A stretch of 57,673 nt of DNA, filler included, from Sluysia triapertura (taxonomy: Eukaryota): assembly GCA_046118255.1 (NCBI GenBank). It is 5 parts of 5 records of this genome, joined end to end, with 100 filler letters (N's around TTAATTAATTAA, not from the genome) between each part and the next. Parts side by side here need not be neighbours in the genome. Positions count along the whole stretch, not along the records: positions 46,573 to 57,673 come from JBJNIA010188876.1; 4 more parts are not named here. One strand, written 5' to 3'. Below are positions 52,601-57,673 of this stretch, in pieces; positions within the stretch are counted from its first letter, which is position 1, and every line of letters starts with the position of its first letter. The notes below the pieces were generated by a model. That model had not been told where the DNA came from. It saw only the letters and a list, made by a program, of their open reading frames with translations, and did not search any database. Made by a program: the position numbers and the translations under genes.

Positions 52601-54111
52601 AAATTTATATTTTTCATTCCTTCTATGTCCAACAATTTGATAATGCAAAAATTCCCACACTAGAATCAAAAAATTTAATTGTTCTTGATTCACATTATCC
52701 AATTATTATTGTGAAATTAAGAACGAAATCATCGAGCTTGTGATATAGTTTACTTAAAATAAGTGACCTACGATTATAAATGATATATATTGTAGGAAAA
52801 TCTAATATCTTGTAAAGAATTTTACAAATAACTTGTAAATGAATTATAATAAACTTTTTAATGAAATGAATTAACAAAATATTACCTTTCGAAATTAATA
52901 AATCCATTTATTTAATAGATACGTTTTAAAAAAAATAATAAATTAATTATCAATTAACAAATCCATTTATTTAATAAATGTACTCCAAATAATAGATTTT
53001 TAATTAATTTTTAGATTAATAAAAACTATAAAACCTTTTTATAATGAATCACTAATGGATTTTTTGAAGTATGTAAATATACAGGACGTAAAAACGATCT
53101 CACTACGCAATAACAATATTGCGTGATTAATTTATCGGTCGCTCAAAAGTATCAAAAATTTGGAAAGCACTATATGAATCTTAGAATTTAGTATTTTGTT
53201 GATCAAAGAAAGAATTTCATAATTTGGAAAGTCAAAAAAAATTATCTATCCGGAAATTTATCCATTATCCCTTGTTGATACAAGAATTTCTAAGTTTTTC
53301 TTATATATAATTTCCTTGCTACAAACCAGACGTGAATTTTACATAATCAGACGCCGGCTTAAGCCAGTGATAAAAATCATTTTAAAAATATTAATAAAAA
53401 TTTCATTAGGGTCAATCTAACGTCATAAACATTTTATTTTATATTTTTTATTGTGCATTTATTTAGCTAAAAATTGTGTTAATTATCTATTTTATTGTGT
53501 CAAAGAATTTTATATTATAAAACCTAGCACTGTTCTTTTGCCTTCAACAAACTTTTTTGAACAATATAATTGATAGGAATTAAAGATTTTAACAAAAATT
53601 GTATCGTAACTTATCTATAACCAATATTGATGTAGTTAATCATGACTGTTCAACAATGAAGAATGTCAAATCGTTTATTTTATGATCATTTTTATGCCTA
53701 TTATTTTGTATCTAAATGATTAAGTATGTGCAACAATATGACAATTTATAATTTTGTCAGCTATGATAAATTTTAATAAAATTTAGAATTATATAAAATG
53801 AAAAATATTTTATTTATTAGTAACTATGTAGCAATTCCATTTGAATTATTCAATGAAGAGTTTTAAAATTAGTATATAAGTATGAATACATTAAAAAAAG
53901 TCACAAAAATTTTTGACGGTAAAAGTGTCTGAATTATACAATTTTCTTAAAACCATTATTATCGGAGAACTTTTATTAACAATAATTTTGGTTCCATATA
54001 CCTGATATCGTATTGCAACTATAAAATAAGGAGAATTCATTGTCGCTTTCTGAAGAGAATTTTTATATTGCTGTAGTTTTCTTAACACTTAACCTACGGC
54101 AAAATATTTTT

Positions 54112-54874
54112 TGACAAGGTTCGGTTACGGTAAACGTCTTACAACGTGTAGGTGGCGCTTCAGCAACTTGAAAAGTTAATAACTACCTTAATTCTAATCT
54201 TATAGCCATAAAACTACTATTGAAATTTAATAGTCTATAAAGTACTTAATAACTACCTTTATAACTACTATTTTAATACTTTATAACTACTATTTAAACA
54301 AGATGAAAAAAACCAAAAATTCAAAAAACTTTATTATTTACAAATTTTTAATAAATTACAATAATGGTGATAGATATAATATGAAAAAAGACAAAATAGA
54401 ATTATAAATTTTAAAGTTAAAACTTTTTCGGTTTTCCTGTATTTTGTCTCCCAATATATCGGGGAAACTTAATTTTTTCTTTTAAGATTTAAATTTTCGT
54501 GGATTTTAAGATATTAATTTTATTAATTAAAACTAATATCACCTTAAAAAATAACTTACAGTTAACAGAGATCTGGTAAAAACTTCTCCAAAGCAATTGC
54601 GAATCTTCTGAATAGAATAAAGTAGCTAAAAATGGCGGATTTCAATATGGCTCTTTAACAAATACTAGTTTATATACTAATCATCAGCCAATGAGAATCG
54701 ATGGAATGTTTCATAACATTCTAGAACATCTAGAAGATTCTATTCTATTTTTAGAAGCGAATTTTCTTGTTTCGAAAAATAATTTCTTTTTTGGAAAATA
54801 ATTAATTTTAAAAATTTGTAAATAGTTTTAAAGCATTTTGTATGATTTTAGGGGGTTGTGATAACAACCTAACA
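54112..54874 (-). mobile_element. LTR-like repeat (family C), copy 2, with HSE-like array at ~54703-54740
   Basis: Homologous to 13339-13909; minus strand TGTTAGGTTG...CCTTGTCA. Confidence 0.6.
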
Positions 54875-57673
54875 ATATCATTAAATCAAAAATCATCGTC
54901 AGTTAGATTGATTGTAAGTTTTCACAAAAATTTAAATTTTTTTCAAAATTGACAAAATTAGAAGTTAAAAAATTTTCCTCAATCATTTAAATAGATTGTT
55001 GCAAGCTTATTTATAAAATTATTTAAGTTATTAATTTCTATAAAATTTTATAAAGTTTTACTATTGAAAACCTGTATAAATTTATTTAATTATTTATTTA
55101 ATCATTTTTAATTAATATAAATTAATGTGTGTTCTACTTTAAATGAATTATTCTTTCGTATATTTAACTTACATAGATTTAACTTAGTTTAAAATCTACA
55201 TTATATATTTTTTGATTAAAATATTTAAACTTTCATTTATAGAACACTTTTAAATTGAGATCCATGTAAAATCATTTTTCATAACTCGCTGTAGCTAATA
55301 AGAGCAAACTAAATATTCATCATTTTCATTCAGTAAGACTTCCTTATACTTTGACATTTGAGTGTTAATACCATATCAATAACCATAACAATCTACCTAA
55401 TTTTCTACGTTTATCATCTTTTGTATGCCACTTACACGTTAGCCCTTAAGTAAATAAGTCTAACATCGTAAGGTTTTCACATAATAAATCTATTTATCAA
55501 AATTACAACACATTATCTTACAACAATAAGAATCATGAAGTGTTAGTCAAATACATACATACGTTTCCATATACTTGATCATCTTATATAAATAAATAAA
55601 GAGAAAAGACCATCAGAATGAGGTTTGCTTTAAATAATTATAAAAAATCCAATAGGTTCGCCTTTTATTAGAAACATAAATCTCACATTATAGACGAACG
55701 ATAATTTTGAAAGTAGATGTTTTGATAAATAAATAAAAAGCAAAAATAATAAAATAAAACCTAGAAACATTCTGAATAATTTGCAAAGTCTTATGAAATA
55801 GCTTTTTCATAGAATAAGATTACGAAAACTTGTGGAGGTTAATCAATTATCTTAGCTTATTTCCAAATTCAAGTACTAAGATTATAACGGCTATCAAAAT
55901 GTTAGTAACATATTTTTTGAATACATTCTGTCAATCTCTTTAAAATTTACTTATAATCTTCAAATGTTTTACTTTAGCAGAAGCCATTATTTAAAATAAG
56001 GCTTGAAAAAACGATTTTATAAGTCCCTTTAAAGTGATTTGTACAATACTGATTTTACGTGATTACAACTTATGTAAATTTAAATTCTCCTTTGATTTTA
56101 TGAGCTTATTTAAAATAGCTTATGAAAATGACGATGTTAATTAAATTTTTGGGTGGATATTAATAAATTAGACAGTAATTTGATATTTAATATTTTTGAC
56201 ACGTTTAAAATTAATTAATAAAATAAAATCAATATTTGAATTTATAAAATGCTTTATTTATTATATATATTGTTTTATTTAGTCTTATCATGTCATTTTT
56301 TGATATAATTTGTAAAAGAATTTGTTTAGTGTCACTTTTATCATCTTTAATTTTAGATTTTGATATTTTCTACATTATTTCGATGACATATTTATGTAGA
56401 GATAATTTGGATACCAATCATCTGTATAATTAACATTATTTTATTAATTATAACTTTGAATTATTAAAATGTATTATCTAACAAGCACATTTTAATAAGC
56501 ACTTTACGTATATAATTTTTAAACAATAAAATTAAATTTATTTCATTTCATATTTAACATATTATAACTAATTTTGGTATTTCAATGCATAATTTTTATT
56601 TATTTAATTACTGATGCACAGTTCTTGTTAAAATGAAATTTCTAAATTTATTTACATTCAAATAATAAATTATTCATATTGCATTGTGATTATCCAAATT
56701 TATGCAAAATCCAGATGTTCTTGAAAATATTATAATATTAAACATTGTATACAAATATTTTAATTTTTTCCAAATCTGATATGATGAGATTGTCTGTTGT
56801 AGACGTTTTATAATGCAGTTCAATTTTAAATAACAAAATTGAAATTAATGTACTTATTTTAATCAAAACATTAATAAAAATTTAGTGTAAAAATTACTAC
56901 AAAGCTTATTAAAAATAACATGGATTGAAACAATAAAATATAAAAAAATCTTCAGATTTATTATTATTAAAAAATATTAATAGAGAAATATTTTGAGTTT
57001 CAGTTTTAAAATGCTTTAAAATGTGAGCTTTTTAATTCCGAAAGGAAAATAAAAATAGAAAAATTTTTAAAGCATTAGAAACATTTTTAATTAATTAAAA
57101 ATGAAATGTCTGATCAAAACTATGGTAACCGTATTCCAATTATTTATCAGATAAGAACAGTTTTACATTCATTACTCAACATAATACAATTTTCTGAGAT
57201 TGATACTTAATAAGTACACAATTATCTTTACTTTTGTATTATTATAATAATAAATTATAATTATTATTAAATGTTATACTAATGACATTAATAATTAATT
57301 TGATGGCAAATATTTTGTACTTTTGCTGTTTTTTGATGATTTATTTATTGTTATAATTATTATATTAATGCTAAATGGTTATTGAAGTTAATATTTGTAT
57401 TGATGATAAACTTTTATGCTAAAAAATGGTTGCCTTTTGTAATGCAACTAAATAATCAGATTAATATTAATTATATATGAAACAAAATTCATAACACGCA
57501 AACAGCCGTTTTTAAATTGTTAATGAAATATATACTTATAAAGTTGTGTAACTAACTTTTTGTTGACAAATATTTTAAACTAGAATATGAAACTTTTTAT
57601 ATTTATTATAAAGTTTATTTTTATAATTTATAATTCTAATATTAGAACACAAATAACAAATAAATGTTTCATA

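Noticed and set aside
46645-57673. Short ORFs in the last segment
   Set aside because: Low-complexity AT-rich translations with no motifs or convincing splice structure.
1-57673. CRISPR array or prokaryotic operon
   Set aside because: No repeat-spacer array; spliceosomal introns and metazoan genes show a eukaryotic origin.

Overview
AT-rich metazoan genomic DNA. The window is at least five separate pieces joined by artificial 100-nt spacers (N44-TTAATTAATTAA-N44). Bases 581-10541 hold a decayed, unusually gene-rich Ty3/Gypsy LTR element. Its order is: chuvirus-G-like fusion glycoprotein in frame with an aspartic protease, a dUTPase-like linker, deleted RT core, RNase H, integrase, a second retropepsin, three signal-peptide/TM modules, a RING-H2 protein, further unknown ORFs, PPT and 3' LTR. 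Its pol is interrupted by a 163-bp TG...CA element with a 4-bp TSD that carries an internal tRNA-like gene with a palindromic loop; a second copy lies near 41.8 kb. The rest contains three exons of a neuron navigator (unc-53/NAV) gene and many intronless decayed host-gene fragments (PLEKHM1 RUN, PDE2, C1GALT1, calmodulin-like, kinase). It also contains LTR-like repeats (one family with heat-shock elements), mariner/hAT/Gypsy remnants and microsatellites. All calls come from manual translation and remembered family motifs; no database searches were run.
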